Below, piece after piece: positions 1 through 17,059 of a stretch of DNA of 64,000 nucleotides. The stretch is from the human T2T-CHM13v2.0 reference genome, Homo sapiens. Position 1 is the first letter of the stretch; the number at the start of each line of letters is the position of its first letter. Below the pieces are notes generated by a model. That model was not told the DNA's origin. It did not search any database and worked only from the letters and a program-made list of their open reading frames with translations. Made by a program: the position numbers and the translations under genes. The stretch is taken from NCBI RefSeq assembly GCF_009914755.1, contig NC_060939.1; one strand, 5' to 3'.

Positions 1-419
1 ATTTCTCCAGCCTCCTGAGGATATCATGACTCCATCAAATATGCCTTGATGAAATCCATACCCACTATCTTTTATTATATTCTTGCAGACGCCATGCAAC
101 CCTAACAAAGAAAGAAATGAAGTCAATGTGAGCTACTCACAGTGAACCAATCATAACCCTCCCAAAAGTACTGATCATGAACAACCTAGAAGGGTTGTTC
201 AAAGACTCTGTCCTTGATGATGCCCCACTCAATTACTTTAAAATGTTTTATTTGAGGACTAGAAAGTCTTCGTTGTGATCATTAAGTTATGGCTCAGGTA
301 ACTACACATAGATATTAATTCCCAAAAAGCCTCCAAGAAGATCATAAGTTAAAAATCAGCACTGACAAAGCTATGACTGCAAAGAGCCTATTATATTCTG
401 CAGAATTTCAGAAATGATT

Positions 420-965
420 GACAGCATTGGTGAGTTTAGTTTTGACTCTCCAGTATCCATTCCCCCTTGTTCTGGAAACACAACAAACACTCTCACCCTA
501 CTCTCAGCTCAGTGGTTTGGGTAGGGCTGCCGAGCTGGGCATATGACCTAGTCTAAGTCAATCCGCACTTCTTTTCTTCCTGGTCACAAAGAATGGGTCA
601 GGGACAGGCACGTAAGACCCAGGCCTAAGCCAGTCAGCCGATTCCATATCTCTGGCCATAGTGATTAATTTCAAGATGCCCATTTGGGTCAAGAAGAGTT
701 AGGTCCAGGACTTTATCGGACTGTTAGAAAACAAACTTGTTCTTTATTGCTAGCAGTAAGGATGCCATGGAACCTAGAGCTGCTATGGGCCACCATGTGG
801 CACCAGTAAATGAAACTGATATAGATGGAAGCAAAGCCAAAAGGCAGAGATAGACTGGCTCCTAATGCCACTGATCCAGCCAGCCCTTCTGTGAACTTTT
901 CAGTCTCTGGGCCAATAAAATCTCATTTTTGCTTAAGCCAGGTTGAATCAGACTATATACTTGCA
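420..965. mobile_element. Old MaLR LTR (MLT1-like) fragment in MTHFS intron 2
   Basis: MLT1-like motifs such as 'tgtgaacttttcagt...gccaataaaatctc...ttgcttaagccag...acttgca'. Boundaries approximate. Confidence 0.5.
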
Positions 966-1957
966 TTGGAAAAATTCCTGCTCTAATCTAATTGCCCAAG
1001 CAGCCCTTACCTTGAGGATAAACTTGGGAAAGAATCCGACCCTCGATTTCATTTAGCAATCTATTTCTTTTGCTACATATATAATACAAGAATAGCCCAT
1101 GGGAAATTTTTGCTTAGGAACTTATAATTGCAACTGAGGACACAAAAGCTCACTCTTTTCTAAGCTCTGATAATGTGAGCAAACAAGAAAGATAAACAGA
1201 CAACAAAAGCTACACCAACGACAGCCTGAGCTCTGATCAGCTTGTCCCAAACACTGTAAAGCTAGATGTATGCTTAAGCACTGAAGTTGTCACATTTTAA
1301 GTTGCTGACGCAAGTAAAAATCCACAGTACAGAGTGTGATGTTAGGAGATAACAAACAGCTGAGGCTGCCTACTCAAACATTTCTATAAACAACAACAGC
1401 GAGCTTTGACCCCAGACTGAAGTTTCGAGAAACTGTGGGTATAATCCTCTATCCCTTTACAATCCAGATTGCAAGTATCTGCAAAGAAAAATGCATGGGG
1501 GAAAAAAGCCACTGGTACTACAAATATAGCATAAATAAATACTATAGAGGAGAAAAAAAAAATGAGCAACCAGTTGTGGGGTTTTTTTGGTGGACGTTTT
1601 TCTATTCAGAACCATATTCTAAATTTCTATGTTTTTAATATTCAGTATCTTTTCATTTGACACTTATATTTGACATATAATACAGGTTAGGATATTCTGT
1701 TTATGTTCATTTTCTGTCTCATCAGCTATAGTGTGAGTCCCTTCAAATCAGGGCCTTATCTTTCCAGACCTAAAATAGTGTCTGACACAAAGTAGATGGG
1801 TGAAAATATCTGCTGAAAATTACCGAAATGTTAACTACTTGGCTAGTAATGAGTTTATCTTATAATGAATAATTCTGACTTCCTTGCTTAAAATTAATAA
1901 ATTACCATTTATTCGATAGCTCCTATGTGACAAATGACATGCTAAAAACCATACATA

Positions 1958-2264
<307 letters not shown>

Positions 2265-3099
2265 TTATTTGGATTGAGATTATCCTAACCAAGAAGTGTA
2301 AATATAAGTTAAAAGGAAAAATAATGCTTCTTCCTTACTCTTTTCACCACTGTACTTGAATAGAACCAGAACAAATGCACAAAAGTTCAAAGTGACACAC
2401 TTTAGCTCAACCCAAAGAAGATGTTCTAGAAGGAGCACAGCTGTTCTAAAAGGAATGAGCTGCCTCTAGAGGAATTAGTTACTGGAGGAAACCAAGTAAA
2501 ATTTCAATTAGCAGGCACATTATAGAGATGATACAAGCATTGAAGGAGCTGTTAACAGAGTCAACTGGAATTGGGACAGTATCCTGGGTTCCACCATTAA
2601 GCCTGCGAGTCTGGAGTAGCTGCATTAAGTTTGAGCAAAGTCAGTAGCTATAATTTCCTGTCTTTTCTTCTCGATAAACCTAGGCTGCTCTCCAAGATAC
2701 TCTGTATTCCCTTATTATCTCATTGCCTTAAAATGCTTGCAATCTTTCCCCTTGAAAATATGAAAGAGTTTTAAAATGCTGACATTCATCTGGCCTATTG
2801 ATGCAGGACATGAAGGAGGTAGATCTGAATGTATTTTTGGTGCCTAACATCTAGCAAAGCCCAAGATTGGACAATACAGGGAAAGTTAAACTAGCAAAGT
2901 ACATAATCCCTCTACTGTTACGAGTCCTTGACCCTCTCCCCTCTGACTCCATCATACTGACTTTATAGGCTATGGTGTTATATTGGAAGGGGCAGAAACT
3001 GAGCGAAGACTGCATAAAGTTGTGCTAGGGCTTCTTTGCAACCACTTAAGTCTTAGTCAAAAATATACACCTCTAAGATGGGTTTCAGGCATTATACTA

Positions 3100-3720
3100 A
3101 AAAATAATACCCTTAGCTTGTTTTGCTTTCATCTCTTTACCTGTTTCATAATGATAAAACTTCCCAAGCAGCTGTTGGCCAGAGAACAGCATGTATTAAG
3201 ACCCAGCAGTAGAGAAGGCAAAGTGGAGTTGGGAAACAGAGATACTCAGAGTGGCTGGAACTCAGACTATGAAGTGGGGAGTAGAAAGATGTGAAAATAG
3301 AAAGATAGCAGGGCCAAGATTAGGAAGAACCTCGTTAAGGAGGGTTTACTTCAATCTAAGGGCAATAGTAAGTCACAGAAAGATTTTAAGGAGGGGAGAG
3401 AAGTGGCAGATTTGTGTTTTCAAAATCTTGTTTCAATTACTTTTAAATAACCAATAAAGAGGAAGGAGAGGATGCAAGACATGGAGAGAAAGGCCTTTCC
3501 AGGAATGCAGGCAAGAGGAGATGTCAGCTTAGACTGCAGTAGTAGCAGTGGGTTGGAGAGAAATGGACAGATTCAGTAAATATTCAGTAGGTAAAATCAT
3601 TAGGACTTAACAATAGACCACAGGTGGGGCATAAGAGAAAGAGGGGAGTCAAGGATGACCTGGAGATTTCTGGCATGGCCAGCTGGGTAGCTGGTGGTGC
3701 CATGTACTGAGATAAACACA
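3100..3720. mobile_element. L2 LINE fragment
   Basis: Degenerate L2-like purine-rich sequence ('gagtcaaggatgacctggagatttctggc'). Approximate. Confidence 0.55.
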
Positions 3721-4079
3721 TGGTAGGTAGTCGAAGTTGAGAAGATATAAGTGCTCATTAACATTAATAATAATATGCTCATTAGCAAGCAGACCATAAC
3801 TGAAACCACAGGAAATAATTATTCAGGAAAAATATATAATTCAACCCACAAGGTAGGGCAACAATATGTGAGAAGTCAACAATATTATTCATTTACACTT
3901 TACAGTTTTCAAAAGGCATCACATCCTAAACCAGGTAATACAGGTGTCTTGGAACGTAGGCAAAATACAAATTAATCCCTTACAGGAAAAGCAACTCCCA
4001 CTGACCCACACATAACCCGTGGATCTGAGATCTAACAACTGGTCATAATCTAACAACATCCTAACACCATAATACTCAC

Positions 4080-4341
4080 CTGTGGACAAGGCCTCCTCCC
4101 GAACATCACCCTCACCAGGCTGAGGGATATTCCAGGATGTTTTGGGAAGTAAAGAAATTTCCTCTGGTGATTCTATTCTCACCATATCCATGTGATTGCT
4201 CTGGAACCGGTACCGAGGGATGAAGCAGATTTTGCCTCGTTGGAAAATGTCCTTGATGATCTCTTCTGTCTCAATTTCATCTTGCATGCTCAGAAAGATG
4301 GAAATTCTTTTGGACTTTTGATACTCACTGTGGGCAATCAC
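4080..4341 (-). CDS. MTHFS: MTHFS exon 2 (5-formyltetrahydrofolate cyclo-ligase), 262 nt; also used by ST20-MTHFS
   Basis: Translates [44 protein letters not shown]...REEALST. Acceptor tttag|GTG at 4341 (phase 0); donor ACAG|gtgagt at 4080. Exon 3 lies left of the window. Confidence 0.97.
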
Positions 4342-5179
4342 CTAAATGGGAAATTATGGCAATTATATTTTCCAAGACTATATTTAGCAACTCCTCTTAA
4401 CAATTCCTCCTTTCTCTCTCAGCCTTCTCCAATTTCTTTAAATATTAAAAAGAAAAAAAAAGGGGGGGGGACCAGAGTGATATAGTGGGTCAGACAGTGT
4501 TGCATCATGAAGCCTGACTTTTAGTTTGGGACCCAGCACTTACCTGCTCCTTTTATCCCTTCCTGGTACACCCACTCTGGTAGGTGTGAAAACTCATTAA
4601 AAGGTCACTGTGGAGACAAGCTGTCTATCCAGAGAATTCCAGGCTTGATCCCCACCTATCCATTTTAGTAGTCTTCGGTCATTTCACATGCTTTCCCTAG
4701 AGTATGCTTTATTTTACCTCTGTATCTTGGCTCCCACAAGCTTCTCCACTCCTTGGATTGTCAGGCTTCTCTCTCCTCCCAAATTCTACCCATTTAAAGC
4801 CCAACGCAAGCCCTAACTTTTCCTAACTTCTGCCGAACCCTTACTACATTTAGAGTTAATATATACCTTAATAATGATGTACTGTCATGAGTGGGTCACT
4901 AATTGTTTCATGTGCCCTAAATGTGGTATCCCTAACCGGTCCATGAACTGAGTTCTCTGAGGCAGAGAACATGCCTCTACCATCCCCATCCCATTTCCTA
5001 AAATCCATCTGTTCAAATGAATATTAAAATATTCACAATTATGGGGTGGGGGCAGATCCTGGTGAAAGAAACCATATTCAGTTGAATCATCCATCAGGCA
5101 GGAGAAGGTAAATGAGCTTTGCTCATCATAGAAATGTCAACAATCTCAGGAACTTATCCACACTCAGAAGTTAGCCCTT

Positions 5180-5505
5180 CGCTCTCTTTTTTCCTTTTTT
5201 TTTTTTTTTTTTGAGACAGGGTCTCCCTCTGTTGCCCAGGCTGGAGTGCAGTGGTGCAATCTGCAACCACTGCCTCAATCTGCAATCACTGCCTCTTAGG
5301 CTCAGGCAGTCCTCCTGCCTCAGCCTCCAGAGTAGCTGGGACCACAGGTGCAAACCACCATGTCCGGCTGATTTTTCGTATTTTTTGTGGAGACAGGGTT
5401 TCACCATGTTGCTCAGGCTGGTCTCAAACTCCTGAGCTCAACTGATCCACCCACCTGGACCTCCCAAAGTGCTGGGATTACAGGTGTGAGGCACTGCACC
5501 TGGCC
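5180..5505 (-). mobile_element. Alu (AluJ-like), with a small internal tandem duplication (caatctgcaa[c/t]cactgcct x2)
   Basis: Poly-T followed by reverse-complement Alu body. Confidence 0.93.
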
Positions 5506-6676
5506 AGCTCTCTTTTTTTCCCTTCCTTTTCTGTTCCTCCCTATTCTCCAAACTAAAAAGAAAAGAATACTTTTCTTATTCTTTATAAGACTTTTTAATA
5601 CTTTTGTTATTATTATATAATTGTAAGCCATAAAAGTAGCTTATAAATATGACTGGCAGAAAGATACAGGAACAGTAAGTCAGGTTATCACTAATAAAAA
5701 AGGAAACACAGAAATTAAGTAGATAGAGCACATCAAACCAGTCTAAGGAAGAAAGTTAACTCTCACATTCTGAAAAGTTACAAAATTGTTTTGAGGCCTG
5801 AAATGGGCAAAGAAAGGAAATGTGAAACCTAGACCTGGGCAGGCCTGGGGCTTTTGGCATCCAACTACTATATGAGAAAGTTAAGTATCCTTTTTGCTCT
5901 CTTTACAGCAGAATATAGAAGATCGAGAGTTGAATAAGCAGTAATAAACATCAGTTAACACTCAATGTGAGACTGTGCATGCATATTTATCTTCCTTCCT
6001 CAAATCCCATTTATATGATGGTAAAGAAGCACAAAAAAAGAAAATCCATTAGAGTACTGAGAATAAGAGAATAGAGACCTAATTTCTGTAAGACAAAGAG
6101 TGGATGGGACAGTATTTTACTGACAAAACAGCAGCAGATCACAACACTCAGAGAATAAGGGTGCAGGTCAGGCAGAATCCACTCCTCCCTTGAAATCCCA
6201 AAGCAACCATAAAAGGCAGAGGAAATCCCCATTAGCTAAGACATCTTCATTCACAAATATGTACAGATAACAAAGGATCATCAAACATTTTGAAAAGTCA
6301 AAATACAAAATAGAAGGATGGGGAAAAAAATAAGAAGGGGAGAAAAAATGGACAAACAGGACAGATAATTTTTTGAAATTCTAATTAGTTTTCTCAGACA
6401 AACTCAAGAAGATAACTGCATTTCTAAAATAACAATAGACTGCTATGGGGAGGAAGCAATCAGGGAATTATGAAATAATCAATGGAAACTAAAATTGTGA
6501 TTAGCAAAATTAAAACAACTTAGGAGAAAGCCTTGGAGTAGGGGAAAAGGCAAAAATAGGAAAAATGAAAAAAATGTTAAGAAATAGAGAAGATCAATCT
6601 GTGATTTTTATTATCTGATTAACAAGAGTTCCAAAAAGGCACAAAGGAAAATAAATAATCAAAGAAGATATACTTG

Positions 6677-9379
<2,703 letters not shown>

Positions 9380-11823
9380 TCATTGTATGTGCTTAAGAGC
9401 TGTAAAATGTTCCTTGTATGTGTATATTTGTTTGTACAGAGTAAAATGTATTTATTACTGAGGGTCATGGGTCTGCTTTTTAATTTTTCTCTCTCCTCCT
9501 TTAATGCCAGCTCTCAGTCGTCATTCTATTGCTGTCAGTGACTCTGTATCTATGTACACTATTTCCATCTATAGTTTATGAATTCTAATCTTCTACGGAG
9601 AAAGACAACGTAGAAGATTAGAAACTGAATTCATCTTTATTTTCCCCATGCCCCTCCAAAATTTGTTCCAATTCCTACCTTCTTTATGCCTAAGGCTAAA
9701 CACCATTATACCAAGCTCTAAATTTTGGAATCACTGGTGACTCTCCTCCCCTTCCAGTATTCTCTAACCTCTTCCAATCAGTTGCCAAGTCCTGCTGTTT
9801 CTCACTTAACAGTCTCCCATTTGCCTCCTTTCCCCTCATCTTCACTGCCCATGCTCTAGTTTGCATATTTTTCATCTTTCACTTGAATTGGCACAACAGC
9901 CCCTTACTGGTCTCCATATTTTTTTTCTTTCTTCCTTCCTCAACCCATTATCCAAATGCTGCCATTATACTCTTCCTAAAGGACATAACAAACAATAGGT
10001 AAAGCTCTGAATACATCCCTTTACACACTTCTTTAACTCTCACAATCGACCTACAAGAGTGATATTATCCATTTTATAGACAAGGAACCAAAGGTTCTGA
10101 GAGATTATGAGACCTGTCCAAGGATATACAGTTAAAAAACAATGGCGCCAGATTCAGCCCAGATCTGTGCAGTTCCAAAGCCCATGCTAAACTGTATCCT
10201 GTCATCTCTTGCCTAAATATCCCTACTCACACTCCCCTATCCCATCTTTCCCTTCACCTGAAAGAATTCATCTTGTTCTCCGAAATTCATCTCAAACATT
10301 TTCCAATAGAAAGCTTTCCAATTTCCCCTCCCCAAGGCTATGTTTCCACAACATTGGTGTTTACTTTTATCATATATCTGGCTTCAATGCAATTCTTTAT
10401 TCATGTCTGTTTCCTCTTCTAGGCTCTCTGCTCCTTTAGAGCAACAATCATATCTTTTTCATCTCCACAACCCAGTATATAGCCAAGTGTGCACTACATA
10501 GGTGTTCAACATATGTGAATGAATTAGCTAAATTTTAAACAACTAGATAGTAAGGACAAGAGTCTATATCCTTTACATCTACTAAAACACCCAGCAATGC
10601 TTCCTCATAATAGCTAAAATAATTCTGTTTGAACGAACGAATTAACATCTGTATAGATTCCCTCATACACACCTACATAGATGAAGAGAGGGGTGAAATG
10701 AGCATATATGCTTTACTGCTTTAACCCATAGGCACCTTGAATTTGAGTAAATAACGGATAATAGAATAGTGAAGGGTAATTAAGAAAGCCTGATGGTATA
10801 ACTAATTCCAAGGAACATCAAGTTTCCAAATATCTGGTGTCTCTGAAGCATGATGCTGGGAAGACAGATCATCAGTTTGACTTACAACAGAATTACAAAT
10901 ACGTACTTATTCAGGGGACATTAAATTTTTCTTCCTCTGGTGTCTAACAAAAATGAGTCCCCAAAAACTCTTTAGAACATGCCTTCACAACAGGATATGA
11001 CTGCCATTTTATTGATAAGAAAACTGACATTACATAGACTAAAAATACATAGCAGTGCAGTTGGTGAAAGTAATGAAACAGAGGTCTGCTAACCAACAAA
11101 CACGGACCCTCACTTATTCCTCTCATTTCTCTCTTCTGTTTCCTACGTTCTTGGGAAGCCTGGATATGATAGCCAAGTCTTCCTTTCGTTCACTCAAGAA
11201 AAAGCATTTAATGTTGACCAACTCTGAGACAGGAAAAGCCTAGGCCCTGGAGCTACTGAGACACAGCCTTAGCCCTCCATATGCTTAGTGAAGTCCAGTC
11301 AACCTCTGAGTTCTGCCCTTTGGCATCTCCACACCTTTTTTGGTGTTCCCTCGTCTAAAGCACCTGCATCTTTCTCTGGCCATTTTACTAATATAACCGG
11401 AGTCTTACTCGTAGCTCATTAACTTTAGGCCTCACTGAGGGAACCTGGGCACTCAGGTGTTCACCCATCTCCTCTACCACAACTTTCTGTTCTCACCGTG
11501 CTCTCACCACAGCACCGTCATCCCCACGGAGGGTTTTCGAGCACCAAAAGAGCCACCCATGCAAACAAACTCCCCTCCCAGAGATAAATCTGTCAACCCC
11601 TGCCGTCCTCTCGCTCTTTAGCCCCACAACTTTCACTACCGGGCCCTCTCCCCGCCATAGTGCCAAGAGCGTCCAGACCACGACTAGGGGGCGTGCGCGC
11701 GCCGGGGGGTGGGGGGGCGCCTAGCCCAGCGCCAGCACGGACCATGCACAGATCAGCAATCGCTGGCCGCCAGGCCTTCGGAGGGTCTGTCCGCCGCGGC
11801 TTCCGCTACGGGCGGCCTCGCAC

Positions 11824-11940
11824 CTTCTGGCTCAGTACGCGGGACTGGCGTAGCCGCTCCTCGGCACTCATCGCCCGCAGACGCTGCTTCAGCTCTCCCC
11901 GCAGGCTCCGCTTGGCGCTGCTCACCGCTGCCGCCGCCAT
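11824..11940 (-). CDS. MTHFS: MTHFS exon 1 coding part (39 codons)
   Basis: ATG at 11940; translates [39 protein letters not shown]. Donor AAG|gtgcga at 11824, phase 0, joining exon 2 in frame. Confidence 0.97.
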
Positions 11941-12113
11941 CTCACGCCCAAGCCGAGTCCAGTCCCGCCCTCGGCGCCCTGGGCGCCCTCGGGTTCGGTC
12001 TCCGCCCTTGGCCGCTCCCAGGTGGATCCGCGGCCTAGGGGCGGGTCGGGGCTCGGGGAAGCGCCCCCCACCCCGCTTCCGGGACGCGGGCCCGCGGCGC
12101 GCCGCGCGCTTAC

Positions 12114-12300
12114 CTCGCCTCTGGCCCTTGGGAGCCAGCCCTCGTGCGGTCCCCGTGGTCCGGCTCGCCCTCCCCGGTTAGGGGAGCGGTGGCGAGGCGC
12201 CGTCGCTGCCCTGCCGCCTGACCTCCCTGAGCCTGGGCCCTCACCGGGACCGCGGAGGCGGCAGCGCCACTGGCGGGGATGGTAAAGATGGCCGGCAGTA
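12114..12300 (-). other. MTHFS: Candidate alternative non-coding first exon of MTHFS
   Basis: Strong donor GAG|gtaagc with the exon ending at 12114, inside the CpG island upstream of exon 1. The 5' end cannot be determined from sequence. Confidence 0.55.
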
Positions 12301-12384
12301 CCCACGGTGCCTGGCATCTCTTGTACTGTTCAGTAGTGGGACTTCAGGGGCCAGAAAAGAAGGGCAAGGCAGACATGTAGCGAA

Positions 12385-12690
12385 ATCGTCACGAGTCGCT
12401 TAACTACAGGGATATGTCTGACAGATGCCCCGATTTCCTTCTTGTGCAAACATCAGAGTGTAGTTACACAAAGTTACTACACACCTATGCTACACACCTG
12501 TACAGCGTATTTTGTACCGAATACTGTAGGCAATTGTAAGCACCGTGATACTTGTGTATCTAAACACAGAAAAGGTAATGTGTTGGTTGGCTACCACATC
12601 AGTAGGTATTAGGAATTTTTCAGCTCCATTATAATCTTAAGGGACCACAGTGGTTGATGGAAATGTCCTTATGTGATGAATGTATAGATG
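12385..12690. mobile_element. Tigger3-like DNA transposon relic
   Basis: Motifs 'aatactgtaggcaattgtaa', 'gaatttttcagctccattataatctta...ggaccac'. Confidence 0.65.
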
Positions 12691-13791
12691 ATACATAATC
12701 GGGAACACTGCTAAAGCAATAACTGTAGTGTAAAAGCCAAATTTTGCGGGTTTCTAGTGTGAATGTATTCCAGGTAATAGTGCCCACATAGGTACTTCCT
12801 GTTATAACCATCAGTGACTGTTCATTCCCACCACTCAGCTCTGATTAAAACACAAAAATGAATTAAAACTAAAAGCAGTTGGGGGGTGGGTGAGGCACTT
12901 GCAGGAAGAGGTAAAAGGAACTGTTAAGTCTTAAACTGCTCCCAGTAGACAGGCGCCTCAGATGGCATAGACGGTTGCCTCTCAGATGTGACTTCCTAAG
13001 AAAACCAGAGCTGTCTCTGCCAAAAATACGTCCCTACTGACCGCCCCAGTGTCTTAATCCCCACCGTTAAGAATCACACCTCCTAGGTAAAGCATTAATT
13101 AAGTGCCCGGTGAGAATGCACATGGCTTGAGAGGGGAGTTCTGGCTTCTTTATGGAATCTATCAACAGCTTCCAGGGAAAGCTAATGCAAGTCCCAGGGG
13201 GACTGTGTTGTAAGAAAAAGGGAAGGCCAGGCAGGTACAGCGTATACATAGTGCAATTAGATTTGCTGACCTAAAAGTTAGAACACGAGGTCTAACAAAC
13301 TACGTACTTTTCTAATCTGTTCATTTTTACCAAAAAATAAAAATAAAAATTAACACTAGCTCCACGTTGAATCATTTACCAATTTTCTTTGTTCAGAATA
13401 TCCCAGAGTATCCTGCATATCAGGTTGCCATATCCATCAACCCCAAATGGCAAGCCAGAGAGAGAAGGCTGGGGAGGAGGCATCAATGGAAACTCTTAAG
13501 CAGCCAGGGGCACTGGAAACTGCAGAAAGCATGGGAAGGAAGGAGGGAAGAGGGAAGCCGACCTGAGTCTGCTTCTAGCCTGAGTCCGCTTCTCAGTCTA
13601 GTCTGCAGTCTAGCCTAGTGACACAGAAAAGGACTTTTGGGGTAATGGCACACCTTAAAAGTCTGCCTGGGGCAGAAAAGACACCGCCTTCCTGGTCATC
13701 ATCCCATAATTAATTGCCTGGATCCTGTGTTGAGCTTTTACCCTTTGGCTGAATTTCCAGCCAGACTCCAAAACTGAAGACAAAAATGGCA

Positions 13792-13882
13792 TATAGAGAA
13801 AAATACATACAATTTATTCATTAAATAGGGACAAAATTTCTGTAACTCTGGAAGGTCAAGTTACATCATCAAAGTTGTTTAT
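13792..13882 (-). terminator. ST20: ST20 3'UTR and polyadenylation signals (BCL2A1 3'UTR-derived)
   Basis: Minus-strand AATAAA at 13878-13883 (overlapping the stop codon) and at 13813-13818. Sequence matches the recalled BCL2A1 mRNA 3' end (...aataaattgtatgtatttttctctata). Confidence 0.75.
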
Positions 13883-14077
13883 TTAAAAGTAGAAGTATGT
13901 GTTGGCAATCGTTTTCGTAAGAGTCAGAAAAATTAGGCCGGTTTCACAATATAGAGTGTCCTTTCTGGTCAACAGTATTGCTTCAGGACAGAAGAGCATT
14001 TCACAGATCTTTCCTGTAACTTCTAGAAAAGTCATCCAGCCAGATTTAGGCTCAAGCTTCTTTACAAAGCCATTTTC
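13883..14077 (-). CDS. ST20: ST20/HCCS-1 terminal coding exon; paralog of the BCL2A1 last exon
   Basis: Acceptor ctcatag|GAA; translates ENGFVKKLEPKSGWMTFLEVTGKICEMLFCPEAILLTRKDTLYCETGLIFLTLTKTIANTYFYF* (64 aa plus TAA). With the 15-aa Alu exon it gives a 79-aa protein. Confidence 0.92.
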   Translation of the reverse strand, partial: ENGFVKKLEPKSGWMTFLEVTGKICEMLFCPEAILLTRKDTLYCETGLIFLTLTKTIANTYFYF

Positions 14078-14189
14078 CTATGAGAGAATAAATTTAACAT
14101 TTTAAAAATCATTGGAGATTAAGTATGCTGGAATAAAAAGCAAAAATATTTTCATTTAAATAATGCAAATAATCTTCTATCCCTCTAAA

Positions 14190-14460
14190 GGAGCATTGTG
14201 TAACAGAAACACAGTGTGGCCTACATCTGTAATTTTAATTTTTGGTAGCCACATTTTAAAAAGTACAAAAATAGGAAAAATTAATTTTTAAGATATATTT
14301 AGTGATAATGATTTCTGTATGTAATCAATGTCAAATCACTAATGAGATAGTTTTTTTCATAACAAACCTTCAAAATCTCATGAGTATTTAGTACTTACAG
14401 CGTATCTTAATTCAGACTAGCCACATTTTACTACCATAGTGAACAGCAAGCACAGCTCTA
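14190..14460. mobile_element. MER3/MER33-like hAT DNA transposon relic
   Basis: Motifs 'tagccacattttaaaaagt' and 'agtacttacagcgtatcttaattcagactagccacattt'. Confidence 0.55.
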
Positions 14461-16010
14461 GAGGATAAAAAGTCTTTTTGTTCTTGTTCTTGTTTAATTG
14501 TCCAACATTGATTTCAATGCACTTATATTTGTAATATGAATTCTATTATACTGTAAACTGCATTGTATTGAAACTCATGAGAACTCACAGTAAATCCAAA
14601 TTAAACCAATACCTTTGAAGCTATGAAAAGGTTGATGGTTTCTTTTATAATCTACTCTCTTTGTGATCGGACATAGTTTTAAAAATGTAGGATAACCCAA
14701 TTAACTGGACATTTTATTTAATTTACAATCTATAATCATAGAATCCTCACTGAAAAGTCCCTCTGAGATCATCTAGCCTAATGCTCTCTCTTAACAAATG
14801 AGGAAAGTGAGGCCCACAAAAAAAATCAGTTATCTAAGATTAGCCAAACCCTTGGTGCCTGGACCTGGATTAGAATGCAAATACCCTACTTCTTTCCACT
14901 CCATACATTTCCAAACAAGTGCCAAAATATTCGAAAATTGTTAAAATAATTTTTTCGAATGTTCATCTAGCAAACATTTGTGGCTGCATCTTACAGGTTC
15001 CAGAACCTGGGGTTACAAATGCCTGCAAGTAGCTCAGAGCAAAGTGTAACTAATATTGAAACGTAAACCAAGCATAACCCTTTGATAGTTGGGAGAGATT
15101 CGAGAGCTCTGCGGTGCCTTGGAATCATTTTATGAACATCACTGGCAAAGCAGATGAATACCACCAGCCAGGGGGATTTCATTTGAAAGACTTAGAAAGC
15201 CATTTTCTGCCTACGTAAGTGTGCGTCGTGCTCTGAGACATGCTGTCATGCCTTGACAGAGGAAGGAAACTGCCCCTCTTCTTCCTCTTTCCCTTCTGCC
15301 AGTACATACTCATAGATTACACTCTAGGGAGGTATCCACTTCATTACGCCCCTTCCTAAACACCATATTTCGCAAGCATGATGAGACCCTCTGAAATGAC
15401 TTTTATTATAACGATAATCATTGTCTATTATCATTGATCAGTTAACATGTCATATACATCAACGTCTAAAGAAAGGACAGTGAACAAAGAAAATATTGAT
15501 AAATTCAGCCAGATGAAGATTAAAAATATTTTTAACTATGAAAAACTAAAAAGAACAATAAACTAGGAAAATATTTACATATACCATGAAAGTGTTCATT
15601 CAAATGTGAGAGAAAATTCTCAGGCCCTTAATAGTTTAAAAAGGAGAGACCATTAAACAGAGAAATATAAATCATTCACAAGTATATGAGAAAAACATTA
15701 ATAGCAGTTAAAGAAATGTACATTTTAACAAAGTCTTATTTTTTTTAGACCTATTAAAGTGGCTTTATTTGATGCCTATTAAACCCTCAAAATTATTAAT
15801 AGTACCACCCACACTGATAAGGTTGCTATGATATTGTTCTATTGATATAATACTTTCGAAAAGAAAATATGTTTTCCAGTATGCTAGAATATCGTAATTA
15901 TACATACATCTTATGAACCAGTTACTCCACTGTTAGAAATTTATCATGAGGCAGTCTTCTAAAATATTGGAAGGTAGGGGGCACCAGAAAAGCATACCTA
16001 TGCTTCACTA

Positions 16011-17022
<1,012 letters not shown>

Positions 17023-17059
17023 ATACAGGCAAGTATCATGCTTTCTCACTTCTCTAAAG

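Larger units (their letters stand above)
11600..12330. promoter_or_regulatory. CpG island / MTHFS promoter
   Basis: Very GC- and CpG-rich, with GC boxes (GGGGCGGG near 12038), and it surrounds the MTHFS start codon. Confidence 0.92.

Noticed and set aside
3919-4079. C-terminal extension of the 140-aa ORF beyond MTHFS exon 2
   Set aside because: It lies past the canonical gtgagt donor at 4079, so it is intron read-through, not MTHFS sequence.
11660-12317. Several Arg/Gly/Pro-rich ORFs
   Set aside because: By-products of the MTHFS CpG island; the real exon is 11824-11940.
13899-14105. 68-aa plus-strand ORF
   Set aside because: Antisense shadow of the ST20/BCL2A1-like exon.
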